A stretch of DNA of 64,000 bases from an uncultured delta proteobacterium (lineage in GTDB: Bacteria > Myxococcota > UBA727 > VGSZ01): the NCBI GenBank assembly GCA_963775425.1, contig CAVZJB010000011.1, positions 320,001 to 384,000 on the forward strand, in the 5' to 3' direction. Below are positions 21,564-30,242 of the stretch, in pieces. A model generated the notes under the pieces. The model did no database searches. It was not told the origin of the DNA and saw nothing but the letters and a program-made list of their open reading frames with translations. Each line of letters starts with the position of its first letter. The stretch's first letter is position 1. A program made the translations under genes and the position numbers.

Positions 21564-21684
21564 GCACCGAGCATCGATGCCATGGGGCGATCGTGCAAGC
21601 GCTCGAGGCGTCACGCGGGCTCACGATGGCTCCCCGCCCTCGCCGGGCGCGGCTATATTGCGGCCGATCTTTCCCGGAGCACCC

Positions 21685-22704
21685 ATGCAGCTCATCACAC
21701 CTCCAGCGTCGGTCGTCCCGTTCGGTCTCTCCGCCCTGACCATGGTCGCTCGCGCCGCCGACGGCGGACTCGCTCACACCCACCGCGTGCTGCTCGACAC
21801 GGTCCAGCGCGTGCTGCTCCGCACCGAGCTCGACGTCGACGCGCTGCCCGAGGTCGCGCCCGACACGCTGGCCGGACACTTCAACGACCCGGGGCTGGCG
21901 AGGCAATTGGTTCGCGGCATGATCGTCATGGGCCTCGCCGTCGGCCCCGCGACCCGGGAGCAGACGGACCTGATCGGTCGCTTCGCGCACGCCCTCGGTG
22001 TGGAAGAGCCGGCGGTGCGCGCCATCGAGCACCTGGCCCACGAGGAGATGCTGCTGTTCGTCATCGACCTGCACCGGCGCTCGAACCTCCGTGACTACGT
22101 CACCAACGAGTACCGTACGCAGGGTGGGATCTTCGCCGTCGTCAAGTCGCTGATGGAGCTCAAGGGCGTCGTCCACGACGACGCGCTCGCCGCCCGCTTT
22201 CGCGCGCTCGCCGACCTCCCGGAGGGCACGCTGGGCCGCGGCTTCGTCGAGCACTACCGCACGAACGGGTTCACCTTCCCGGGCGACAAGGGTGGCTTCC
22301 CGATGGGCGCGATCTTCCACGACGTCGGCCACGTGCTCGGCGGCTATGACGCCACCCCCGAGGGGGAGATGCAGGTCGCGGCGTTCCAAGCGGGCTACCG
22401 GCGCACGGAGAACTCGTTCTTCACCCTCCTGTTCGCCGTGTTGCTCCACACGGCAGGGGTGAACGTCTCACCGCTGCCCATGCCGAAGCACCCGGGCCGC
22501 ATCGGCGAAGGCGACCTCGCCGCGCGAATGCTCCACGCCATGGAGCGTGGGTCGCAGCTCGTGGTCGACCTCGGCGACGCCTGGGACTTCTGGCCGCACA
22601 TGGCGTCGCCGCTCGTCGAGGTGCGCCGGCGCCTTGGCGTGCCGCCGCTCGCGGCGGAGTACGCCACCGGCCCCGGAGTCTACGGCCCGCCCATCGGTAG
22701 CTGA
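21685..22704 (+). CDS. Protein with helical N-domain and Coq4-like C-terminal domain
   Basis: LP.GTLGR.F..HY and HDVGHVL.GY...PEGE (HDxxH...E) Coq4-type signature. Confidence 0.65.
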   Translation: MQLITPPASVVPFGLSALTMVARAADGGLAHTHRVLLDTVQRVLLRTELDVDALPEVAPDTLAGHFNDPGLARQLVRGMIVMGLAVGPATREQTDLIGRFAHALGVEEPAVRAIEHLAHEEMLLFVIDLHRRSNLRDYVTNEYRTQGGIFAVVKSLMELKGVVHDDALAARFRALADLPEGTLGRGFVEHYRTNGFTFPGDKGGFPMGAIFHDVGHVLGGYDATPEGEMQVAAFQAGYRRTENSFFTLLFAVLLHTAGVNVSPLPMPKHPGRIGEGDLAARMLHAMERGSQLVVDLGDAWDFWPHMASPLVEVRRRLGVPPLAAEYATGPGVYGPPIGS

Positions 22705-22709
22705 GCTCG

Positions 22710-23396
22710 TTGACGATGCACGGCGTCGGCTCCCGCAACAAGCTCACGCCTGCGCACGCGCGGCTTTACCCGGGCACGAGCCTCCTCGATGCGCTCGGGC
22801 GCGCGCTGTGCACCGCGCGCTGTCTGCCGCGCAAGGAGCTGCACGAGGCATGGGAGATGGCCCGGCGGGTGCGCGAGCGCTTTCGTGGGGGCCGCGTCGT
22901 CGACCTGTGCGCGGGCTTCGGCGTGCTCGCGCAGGTGCTGCTCCTCGTCGACGAGGCCGCGACGCACGCGGTGGCCGTGGACAAGCGCCTGCCGCTCAAC
23001 CACCGCCGCGTGCACGACGCGCTCGCCGGCGCGTTCCCGCGGCTGCGCGGCCGCGTGTCCTTCGTGCAGGCGCCGCTGCAGCGGGTGGTGCTCGAGCGGG
23101 GCGACCTGGTCGTCTCCGCGCACGCGTGCGGCGCCCTCACCGACGACGTCCTCGCGCACGCCGTCGACGCGGGCGCCCGGGTCGCCGTGCTGCCGTGCTG
23201 CCACGCCTCGCGCTGGCGGCCGGAGCTCGCCGGGCACCCCGATCCCGCCCGCGCGATGGACGACGAACGCGCCGAGCGGCTCGGTGCGATCGGCTATCGC
23301 GTGTGGACGGAGACGATCCCCGTCGAGGTGAGCCCGAAGAACCGCCTGCTCCTCGGGGAGCTCACATGCCCTGAACGAAGATGTTCGCGCGCGTGA
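22710..23396 (+). CDS. Class I SAM-dependent methyltransferase (Methyltransf_32-like)
   Basis: VVDLCAGFG, HACGALTD, PCCH and SPKNRLL motifs; the start may be ATG 22716. Confidence 0.85.
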   Translation: MTMHGVGSRNKLTPAHARLYPGTSLLDALGRALCTARCLPRKELHEAWEMARRVRERFRGGRVVDLCAGFGVLAQVLLLVDEAATHAVAVDKRLPLNHRRVHDALAGAFPRLRGRVSFVQAPLQRVVLERGDLVVSAHACGALTDDVLAHAVDAGARVAVLPCCHASRWRPELAGHPDPARAMDDERAERLGAIGYRVWTETIPVEVSPKNRLLLGELTCPERRCSRA

Positions 23397-24864
23397 GCTT
23401 GCTCTTGAAGTCGGTCTTGTCGATCGCCCGAGCCCACGCCTCCTCCGGCGCCACGTGCTTCTGCTCCACGAGCTCCATCAAGGCGTCGTTCAACGTCACC
23501 ATCCCGGCGCCGCGGCTCGTCTGCATGGTGGAGTGGATCTGGTAGGTCTTGCCCTCGCGGATGAGGTTCGAGACCGAGTGCGGACACAGGAGGATCTCGA
23601 GGGCAGCGACGCGGCCGCCGCTCTTCCGCTTGCAGAGCGTCTGCGAGATCACGCCCTTCAACGCGTCGGCGAGCATGGTGCGGATTTGTTGCTGCTGCTC
23701 CGCGGGGAACTGGTCGATGATGCGGTCGACGGTGGACGCCGCGGTGTTGGTGTGCAGCGTGCCGAAGACGAGGTGGCCTGTCTCCGCGGTCTCGATGGCG
23801 ATGGCCACCGTCTCGAGATCGCGCATCTCGCCGACGAGGACGATGTCGGGATCCTCGCGCAAGGCCGCGCGCAACGCCCGCTTGAAGCCTTCGGTGTGGT
23901 TGCCGACCTCCCGTTGGTTGATCACGCACCGCTTGTCCGGGTGCACGAACTCGATGGGGTCTTCGATGGTGATGATGTGGGCGGCGCGCGTCCGGTTGAT
24001 GTAGTCGATCATGGCCGCGAGCGTGGTGGACTTGCCCGAGCCGGTGGGGCCGGTGACGAGGACGAGGCCCTTGCTGAGGTTGCAGAGATCGAGGATGGCC
24101 TGCGGGATGCCGAGCTTCTCCGCGGTGAGGATCTCGACGGGGATCTGTCGAAAGATGCCGCCGATGCCGCGGCGATCGCGAAAGAGGTTCCCGCGAAACC
24201 GCGCGAGCCCCTTGATCTCGTATGCGAAGTCGGCGTCGTTTCGCGCGAGGAACTCGTCGATGCGCTCCTGAGGCGCGCACGAGTAGAGCAGCCGCTCGAC
24301 CTCGTCCTCGCTGAGCTCGCTGCTGCCGATGGAGATGAGGTCGCCGTCCTTGCGGATCATGGCCTTCTTCCCCGTGCACACGTAGAGGTCGCTGCCCCCC
24401 TTTTGCACCAGGGTACGGAACAGCGCGTCGATGGCCGGCTCCCCGCCCGCCGTCGACGGCGCAGGGCTGCGCTTCGCCGCGGGTGCGCTCGGTGGCGACG
24501 ACGCCACGGGCGCGCCCTCCGTCGAGCGCACCGGTGCGCCCTCGGTCGAGCGCGGCATCGGCGTGCCCACCCGCGCGATCATCAGGCGCAGCGACGTGCC
24601 GATTCGCTTCACGTTGACGTTCACGTGACCGTGCGTGGTGGTGTGCCGCACGTCGAGGTTGCCGGCCTGCTCGAGCGTGGGGCGCTGGCTCTGCGGCACG
24701 AGCTCGTTGAGGATCATCTCGAGGCCTGCCTCGTCGATGGGCCCACCCGACAGCGGCTTGCGTTCACCCTTGGTGATGATGGTGACCCGGTGGCCGAGGG
24801 CGATGCCGATCGCATCCGCCGACTGCTCGAACAACGCGCGCACGTACCCGTCGATCAACGCCAT
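23362..24864 (-). CDS. pilT: Type IV pilus retraction ATPase PilT paralog with N-terminal extension
   Basis: GPTGSGKST, ITIEDPIE, LREDPDIVLVGEMRD, ETGHLVFGTLHT and SNLIRE motifs. Confidence 0.92.
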   Translation of the reverse strand: MALIDGYVRALFEQSADAIGIALGHRVTIITKGERKPLSGGPIDEAGLEMILNELVPQSQRPTLEQAGNLDVRHTTTHGHVNVNVKRIGTSLRLMIARVGTPMPRSTEGAPVRSTEGAPVASSPPSAPAAKRSPAPSTAGGEPAIDALFRTLVQKGGSDLYVCTGKKAMIRKDGDLISIGSSELSEDEVERLLYSCAPQERIDEFLARNDADFAYEIKGLARFRGNLFRDRRGIGGIFRQIPVEILTAEKLGIPQAILDLCNLSKGLVLVTGPTGSGKSTTLAAMIDYINRTRAAHIITIEDPIEFVHPDKRCVINQREVGNHTEGFKRALRAALREDPDIVLVGEMRDLETVAIAIETAETGHLVFGTLHTNTAASTVDRIIDQFPAEQQQQIRTMLADALKGVISQTLCKRKSGGRVAALEILLCPHSVSNLIREGKTYQIHSTMQTSRGAGMVTLNDALMELVEQKHVAPEEAWARAIDKTDFKSKLTRANIFVQGM

Positions 24865-24876
24865 AGGGGAAGGACC

Positions 24877-25248
24877 CTAGCGGGTCGTGGGCGCGAGCGG
24901 GAGCCCGAGGAGGCGGAACACGAGGGGCGAGGTCTTGGCGATGACGAGGAGCGCGAGCGGGCCGGTCACGGTGCGCGTGATCATCCCGAGCACCACGGCG
25001 ACGACGACGCGCACGCCGATGTTCTCACCGTGGAACCCCGTGCCGACGAGCACGCCGACGACGACACCCATGGCCACGGGCGCGAGCGCGCCCCAGGCGA
25101 GGAACCACGCCGCGTAGGCGCGGCCTCGCCACGGCATGGCGTCGCCGTCGGGGGTCTTGCCGGCGAAGAGCACGCGGGCCTGCATCTGCACGAGGCTCCC
25201 GAGGGTGGCCTTGCGGCGCTGTGGAGGCGCGTCGTCGTGGGTCGCCAT
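24877..25248 (-). CDS. Small membrane protein
   Basis: Two to three hydrophobic segments; co-oriented between the LysR gene and pilT. Confidence 0.6.
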   Translation of the reverse strand: MATHDDAPPQRRKATLGSLVQMQARVLFAGKTPDGDAMPWRGRAYAAWFLAWGALAPVAMGVVVGVLVGTGFHGENIGVRVVVAVVLGMITRTVTGPLALLVIAKTSPLVFRLLGLPLAPTTR

Positions 25249-25286
25249 GGCGCCATCCTAGAGCACTGCGCGCCGCCGTCGATGCT

Positions 25287-26219
25287 TCATCGCGGCGAGC
25301 GCTCGTCGAGCAGCTCGTCGAGGGTCTCCGCCTCGGGCTCCGCCCCGAGCGACGTGATGAGGCGCTGGAGGTTCTCGAGCAGCGCGCGCACCTTCGGATC
25401 GACCCGGCTCGGCCGCGGCGAGAGCGCGCGAACGGTGACGGTGCCCCCCACCTCGTCCTCGAGGACGCGGGCGAGCGCGAGCTCGCCGCCGGTGAACGCG
25501 GCCGGCAGCGCCGGCGCGTAGAGCAGACCCACGCCCTGCAGGGCGAGCTCGAAGAGCAGCGAGAGGTTCGTGGTGCGCAACCACGGGGTCGTCGCGAGCG
25601 TGCCCCCCGCGCGCAGGGGGAGGCCGCGCTCGCCGGCGCCGCTCCACTCGAGCAAGACGCGCTCGCGCAGCGCGTCGACGTCGCCCGGCGTCCCGTGCTC
25701 CGCGAGGTACGCGGCGGAGGCGAACAGGCCCGTCTTGGCCCGCAGGATGACGTGGGAGAACCAGCCCTCGTGCCGCGGGCCGTCGCCGAAGTGAAGCATC
25801 AGGTCGAACGGCTCGCCAATTCGCGCGAGCGGGTCGTCCGCCTCGAGCACCTCGATGCTCAATTCGGGGTGGAGGCTGCGCAGCCACGCGAGGGCGCGCG
25901 TCCTGCCCGCGGCGGGAATGCCGGTCGGCCCCACCAGCCGCAGCACGCCGCGGGCGTCGCCGGCTTGTGCGCGGGCGCGGTCGGCGAGGGCGTGAGCGTC
26001 GCGCAGCAGGGCGGCGGCGCCCTGGTTCAGCACGCGGCCCGCGGGCGTGGGCTCGATCCCCTGGGCGCCGCGGATGAGCAGCGCGACCTGCAGCTCGGCT
26101 TCCAGCCGCTCCACCTGGCGGCGCAGCCCGGTGCGGGGCGCACGCAGGGCGGCGGCGGCGCGCTGAAAAGAGCCGAATTCAACCACTTGGCGGAAGGCGC
26201 GGAGGTCCTCGAGGTCCAT
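25287..26219 (-). CDS. LysR family transcriptional regulator
   Basis: MDLEDLRAF...GSFQRAAAAL...LEAELQVALL.R...PTPAG helix-turn-helix; divergent from the nitroreductase. Confidence 0.92.
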   Translation of the reverse strand: MDLEDLRAFRQVVEFGSFQRAAAALRAPRTGLRRQVERLEAELQVALLIRGAQGIEPTPAGRVLNQGAAALLRDAHALADRARAQAGDARGVLRLVGPTGIPAAGRTRALAWLRSLHPELSIEVLEADDPLARIGEPFDLMLHFGDGPRHEGWFSHVILRAKTGLFASAAYLAEHGTPGDVDALRERVLLEWSGAGERGLPLRAGGTLATTPWLRTTNLSLLFELALQGVGLLYAPALPAAFTGGELALARVLEDEVGGTVTVRALSPRPSRVDPKVRALLENLQRLITSLGAEPEAETLDELLDERSPR

Positions 26220-26324
26220 CCGGGGAGGGTGGCACGATTCGGCCACCTGTTGTTCCAGACTCGGCCATCATCGGCGCCCATACTGCCTTCAGGCGGCGGA
26301 GGCGCCGCCGGGAGGAGCACGAAG

Positions 26325-27239
26325 ATGTCCCACGCCGTCGAGACCCAAGCGCCGGAGGCCGCGCCGCTCCCGGGACCCCTCACGAACGAGCGGCTCTACG
26401 CGGCGGTGAAGGTGCGCCGCGCCTGCCGAACCTTCGACGGCGCGCCCCTCCGTCCGGAGCACGTCGCGCTGATCGACGGCTACCTCGACGACGCGGAGCG
26501 GATGAAGGGGCCGCTGGGCGGGCGCTTTCGCGTCGTATTCCTCAACAACGTCGACGCGGACCGCGAGATCGGGACCTACGGCTACACCAAGGGTTTCCGC
26601 GGCGTCCTCGTCGCCATCGCGCGGCCGGAGCCGCTGGCGCTGTTCCAGCTCGCGTATGTCCTGCACGGGCTCGTGCTGACCCTCACCGACGCGGGCGTCG
26701 GCACCGTGTGGATGGGCGGCGCGTTCAACCCCGCGGACATCCTGCGCGCCACGCGCGTCGAGGACGGTGAGATCATCGCCGCCATCGTCCCGGTCGGCTA
26801 CGCGAGCGACCACAAGCGGCTGTTCGCGATGGCGGCGCCCCTGGTGCTCGGCGCGTCGCGGCGCAAGCCGATGGACTTCTTCTACTCGTGGGGCGACTTC
26901 GGCACGCCGCTCGGCGAGCACGAGACCCCGTTCCGCGCCGCGCTCGAGCTCGCGCGCTTCGCTCCGTCCGCCAAGAACAAGCAGTCATGGCGCGTCGTCC
27001 TCACCCCCGGCGACGAGCGCTTGCACATCTACGCATCGTTCAGCCTGCGCGACGAGGTCGGCACGGGCCGCAAACAATACGCGTGCTCGCCCGAGTACCT
27101 CGACGTCGGCACCTTCTATCGCAGCCTCGAGGTCACGCTTGGCCACGACGGGTTCCGCGGCTCCCTCGTCGTCGACGACCCGGGACTGGCGCTCCCCGCC
27201 GGCGCCGACATGGAGTACCTCGCGACGTGGGTCCGCTAG
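26325..27239 (+). CDS. Nitroreductase family protein (two fused modules)
   Basis: RRACRTF, GVGTVW.G, SRRKP and APSAKNKQSW motifs; AGGAG upstream. Confidence 0.88.
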   Translation: MSHAVETQAPEAAPLPGPLTNERLYAAVKVRRACRTFDGAPLRPEHVALIDGYLDDAERMKGPLGGRFRVVFLNNVDADREIGTYGYTKGFRGVLVAIARPEPLALFQLAYVLHGLVLTLTDAGVGTVWMGGAFNPADILRATRVEDGEIIAAIVPVGYASDHKRLFAMAAPLVLGASRRKPMDFFYSWGDFGTPLGEHETPFRAALELARFAPSAKNKQSWRVVLTPGDERLHIYASFSLRDEVGTGRKQYACSPEYLDVGTFYRSLEVTLGHDGFRGSLVVDDPGLALPAGADMEYLATWVR

Positions 27240-28003
27240 AAGAAGCGCGGAAAGAACGCGGGCGTCGACGCTGCGTACGCCGCATATCCGGGTCGATCGC
27301 GCATCGCGGCCTCGAGCATCGGCACCCCGGAGACGCGCAAGAGCAGAAACGAGATGGTGGCCGGCCCGAAGAGCGCCGGCCACCAGGTCCCCGACGACAG
27401 GCTCATCACGCCGAGGCCCCACCACAGGACGAATTCGCCGAAGTAGTTCGGGTGGCGCGAGAGCGCGAACAAGCCGCGGTCCATCAACGCCCCGGGGTGC
27501 CGTCGCTTGAAGAGCGCGAGCTGGAGGTCAGCCGTGCTCTCCCACACGACGCCCACGACGAAGATCGCGCCGCCGACGGCGTCGAAGGCGCCGGCTGCGC
27601 CGTTCATGCCGAGCTCCACCGGCAGCGCGACGACGAGCATCAGCACGCCTTGCAGACCGAAGACGATGCCGAGCGACGTGAGCGAAAACGGCGGGTACTT
27701 CTCGCGCAGCCGGCGGTAGCGGGCGTCTTCCCCCCGGCCGTGGTTGCGGACGCCGATGTAGAGCGCGAGCCGCACGCCCCACAGCGTCACCGCCGCGGCG
27801 AGCAGGGTGGCGTGGAGCCCGCGCTCCGAGCGTGCCCACGACAGCCAGGCGAGCCCCGTGAAGCCGAGGCCCCAGAAGACGTCGACGATGCTCGCGTCCT
27901 TCTTGACGACGCTCACGCCCCACAACAGGACCATGGCGGCGGCGACGACGGCTGCGTCTACGGCGAGGTCTGTGACGAGATCCACGCGTCCACCTTCTGC
28001 CAT
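27236..28003 (-). CDS. DUF1295 / steroid 5-alpha-reductase-like membrane protein
   Basis: SIVDVFWG, WGVRL, EDARY, ADLQL and SRHPNYFGE motifs; the start could be GTG 27985. Confidence 0.9.
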   Translation of the reverse strand: MAEGGRVDLVTDLAVDAAVVAAAMVLLWGVSVVKKDASIVDVFWGLGFTGLAWLSWARSERGLHATLLAAAVTLWGVRLALYIGVRNHGRGEDARYRRLREKYPPFSLTSLGIVFGLQGVLMLVVALPVELGMNGAAGAFDAVGGAIFVVGVVWESTADLQLALFKRRHPGALMDRGLFALSRHPNYFGEFVLWWGLGVMSLSSGTWWPALFGPATISFLLLRVSGVPMLEAAMRDRPGYAAYAASTPAFFPRFF

Positions 28004-28923
28004 TCATCGTAGAGCCATCGCGTCCGCGCGCCACGCTCCTCGGGGATCCGGTCGCGTGGCACGCGCCACATCTTCACGTGCACCGTGCGGCCGACCAGCG
28101 CGCCGGAGAAGACGTCGGCGACGTGCGCGAAGCCCTCGAGGCCCGCGTGCGCGAGGAAGACGGCGTCGGCGCCGGGGAGCCCGTCGAGGAGCGCGAAGGC
28201 GCCCGACGGCTTCGGCGGCAACACGCGGGAGAGCGTCTGCGCGCGCGTTGCCAGCTCAGGCGACCGCTGCGCGAGGAGCGCGAGCGCCTTGTCGCGCCTG
28301 TGTTCGGTGAAGCGCGTCCCCTCGGGATAGACGAGCACCGCCTCGTCGGCGGCGCAGCCCGCGGCGAGGGCGCGGACGGCGGCGACGTCGGCGTCGGTGT
28401 CCTCGGTGCGTCGGGCGACGAAGTGGTTGGGCAGGCGGTTGCCCGCGACGTCGAGGCACGGATCTTCGAGCAGCTCGCGCTTCACCACGAACCGCAACTT
28501 CACGCCGTGCGCGCGGGTGAGGAACACCGACGGCAGCAGCGTGTCGATGATGCTCGCGTGCCGGACGAGCACCACGGCGCGCGGGCCGGCGCACTCGTCT
28601 CCCTCGACGACGAAGCGCAACCGAAAGAGCACACGCACGGAGGTGAACAACAGGCCGGTCCACCATCTTTGAATCGCGTACGTCCTGTGCACGTCGGGGC
28701 CGGCAACGAACAGCCAACACAGCCCGACGACCTCGCTCCAGGCGTACACGAAGGCGAACGCCAGCAAGCGCACGGACATGAACGGCCGCGACGAAACAGC
28801 CGCGCGGACGACGTCGACGACGACCGCGGCAGCGAGGAGCGCCGGCGCGAGCGCCGCCAGCGCAGACGCCGTCACGAGCAAGCGCGGGATGGTGCGCAGC
28901 CGCCGGCGCAGGGCCTCACTCAC
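27958..28923 (-). CDS. 1-acyl-sn-glycerol-3-phosphate acyltransferase (PlsC family)
   Basis: HASIID (HxxxxD), KREL and YPEGTR motifs. Confidence 0.9.
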   Translation of the reverse strand: MSEALRRRLRTIPRLLVTASALAALAPALLAAAVVVDVVRAAVSSRPFMSVRLLAFAFVYAWSEVVGLCWLFVAGPDVHRTYAIQRWWTGLLFTSVRVLFRLRFVVEGDECAGPRAVVLVRHASIIDTLLPSVFLTRAHGVKLRFVVKRELLEDPCLDVAGNRLPNHFVARRTEDTDADVAAVRALAAGCAADEAVLVYPEGTRFTEHRRDKALALLAQRSPELATRAQTLSRVLPPKPSGAFALLDGLPGADAVFLAHAGLEGFAHVADVFSGALVGRTVHVKMWRVPRDRIPEERGARTRWLYDEWQKVDAWISSQTSP

Positions 28924-29051
28924 CCCTCGAGCGTACGACGCGCCGTGGGCGGGATGGAACGAGCCGCGCTCCACGGTTGCTGTGCGCTGCGATCGCGCGC
29001 GTGACGTGTCATCATCGCAGCGGACAGCGCGCGCGCGCCGAGGAGACACGC

Positions 29052-29567
29052 ATGGGCATGGGCGCCCCCGGATGGCTGCGACGCGCGCTGGCGAAGAGCT
29101 ACCTCGCGCAGGTCGCGCGTCGTCGTCGGCGGCTGAACAAGCGCGGTCAGCTCTCCTGGGAGCTGCGGGGAGATTGCGGCGGCTGCGCCAGGTGCTGCGA
29201 GGAGCCGGCCATCGCCGTAGGGAGGCTCGTGTACTTCGTGCCCCCGCTGCGCGCGTTGTTCCTCTGGTGGCAGCGCGCGGTGAACGGCTTCCTCTACAAG
29301 AGGGACGAGCGCCGCGGCTACGCGTTCCTGTTTTCGTGTACGCACTTCGACGAGACCACGCGCCGCTGCCGCGACTACGACAATCGCCCGGGCATCTGCC
29401 GCGACTATCCGCGCATGCTCCTCGAGGGCGCCGACCCGCAGCTCTTCGACGGCTGCGGCTACCGCCCCGTCGCGCACAACGGCGCGTCGATGATCGCCGC
29501 GCTCGAGGAGCGCGGCGTCGGCGGTGAGCAGCTCGTGCAGATCAAGAGACGGCTTCGCCTGGAGTAG
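29052..29567 (+). CDS. YkgJ family cysteine-cluster (CxxCxxCC) protein
   Basis: CGGCARCC and C.HFD....RC.DYDNRPGICRDYP motifs; AGGAG ribosome binding site. Confidence 0.88.
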   Translation: MGMGAPGWLRRALAKSYLAQVARRRRRLNKRGQLSWELRGDCGGCARCCEEPAIAVGRLVYFVPPLRALFLWWQRAVNGFLYKRDERRGYAFLFSCTHFDETTRRCRDYDNRPGICRDYPRMLLEGADPQLFDGCGYRPVAHNGASMIAALEERGVGGEQLVQIKRRLRLE

Positions 29568-29582
29568 GGCGCGGCCGCGCCG

Positions 29583-30146
29583 TCACAAGAGCACCACGCC
29601 GATCTCGAGGAGCGCGACGATGCCGGGCTCGATGCGCGGGCCGTCGAAGGCGAAGGCGGGGCCCGCGCCGAGGCGCAGGCCGGCCCAGGGCCCGAGGGAG
29701 ACGTTGGGGACCGGGCGCCACGCGACGACGGCCTGCCCCGTGAGCGCGAAGAGCCCCTCGCCGCGGCTGAAGGGGATGAAGCTCTGGTCGTAGAGCGCGA
29801 ACAACTGCGCGCCGAAGCCGAGGCGCGCGTCGACGTGATCGCTCTCGTACGCCAACGGCCGCCAATAACCGCCGAAAGACCACGAGCCGTCGATGATGGC
29901 GGGCGGGCTCGCGCCGAGCTCGAGCCCGACGCCCTCGAGGATGTTGACCTCGACGCCGACGCCGACGAAGCCGGGAAAGCCTGCGTTGGCCTTGAGGGTC
30001 AACCGCGGCCAGACCGCCGGGGAGGCAGCCGGAGCGGCCGGAGCGGTCGGAGCGGTCGGAGCGGTCGGAGCGGTCGGAGCGGTCGGAGCGGGCGGAGCGG
30101 CCGGAGCGGCGGCGAGGCCGGCGGCGAGGGCGAGCAGGGGGAGCAT
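29583..30146 (-). CDS. Exported protein with (PTA)n linker and possible small beta-barrel
   Basis: Signal-like MLPLLALAAGLAA; alternating amphipathic strands rich in G and aromatic residues. Confidence 0.6.
   Translation of the reverse strand: MLPLLALAAGLAAAPAAPPAPTAPTAPTAPTAPTAPAAPAASPAVWPRLTLKANAGFPGFVGVGVEVNILEGVGLELGASPPAIIDGSWSFGGYWRPLAYESDHVDARLGFGAQLFALYDQSFIPFSRGEGLFALTGQAVVAWRPVPNVSLGPWAGLRLGAGPAFAFDGPRIEPGIVALLEIGVVLL
30031..30110. repeat. 9-bp tandem repeat (GGAGCGGTC and variants) encoding Pro-Thr-Ala
   Basis: About nine copies, in frame within the 29583-30146 gene. Confidence 0.85.
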
Positions 30147-30242
30147 GCCCGCAGGATCGCACACGCCGCCGCGGGGAGCGGAGCGCAAATGGCCCAGGGG
30201 CCGGGCTTGCCTCGACGACGACGCGGGCACATCATGCCGTCG

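Noticed and set aside
26229-26245. Sigma54 promoter at TGGCACGATTCGGCC
   Set aside because: The -12 element is poor, and the site lies in a LysR-divergent region where sigma70-type control is expected
30031-30110. Regulatory or phase-variable repeat
   Set aside because: The unit length is a multiple of three and encodes a PTA linker; the same applies to the TTAPP (47332-47433), GE (about 7130-7175) and PAPRPSA (about 32200-32275) tracts
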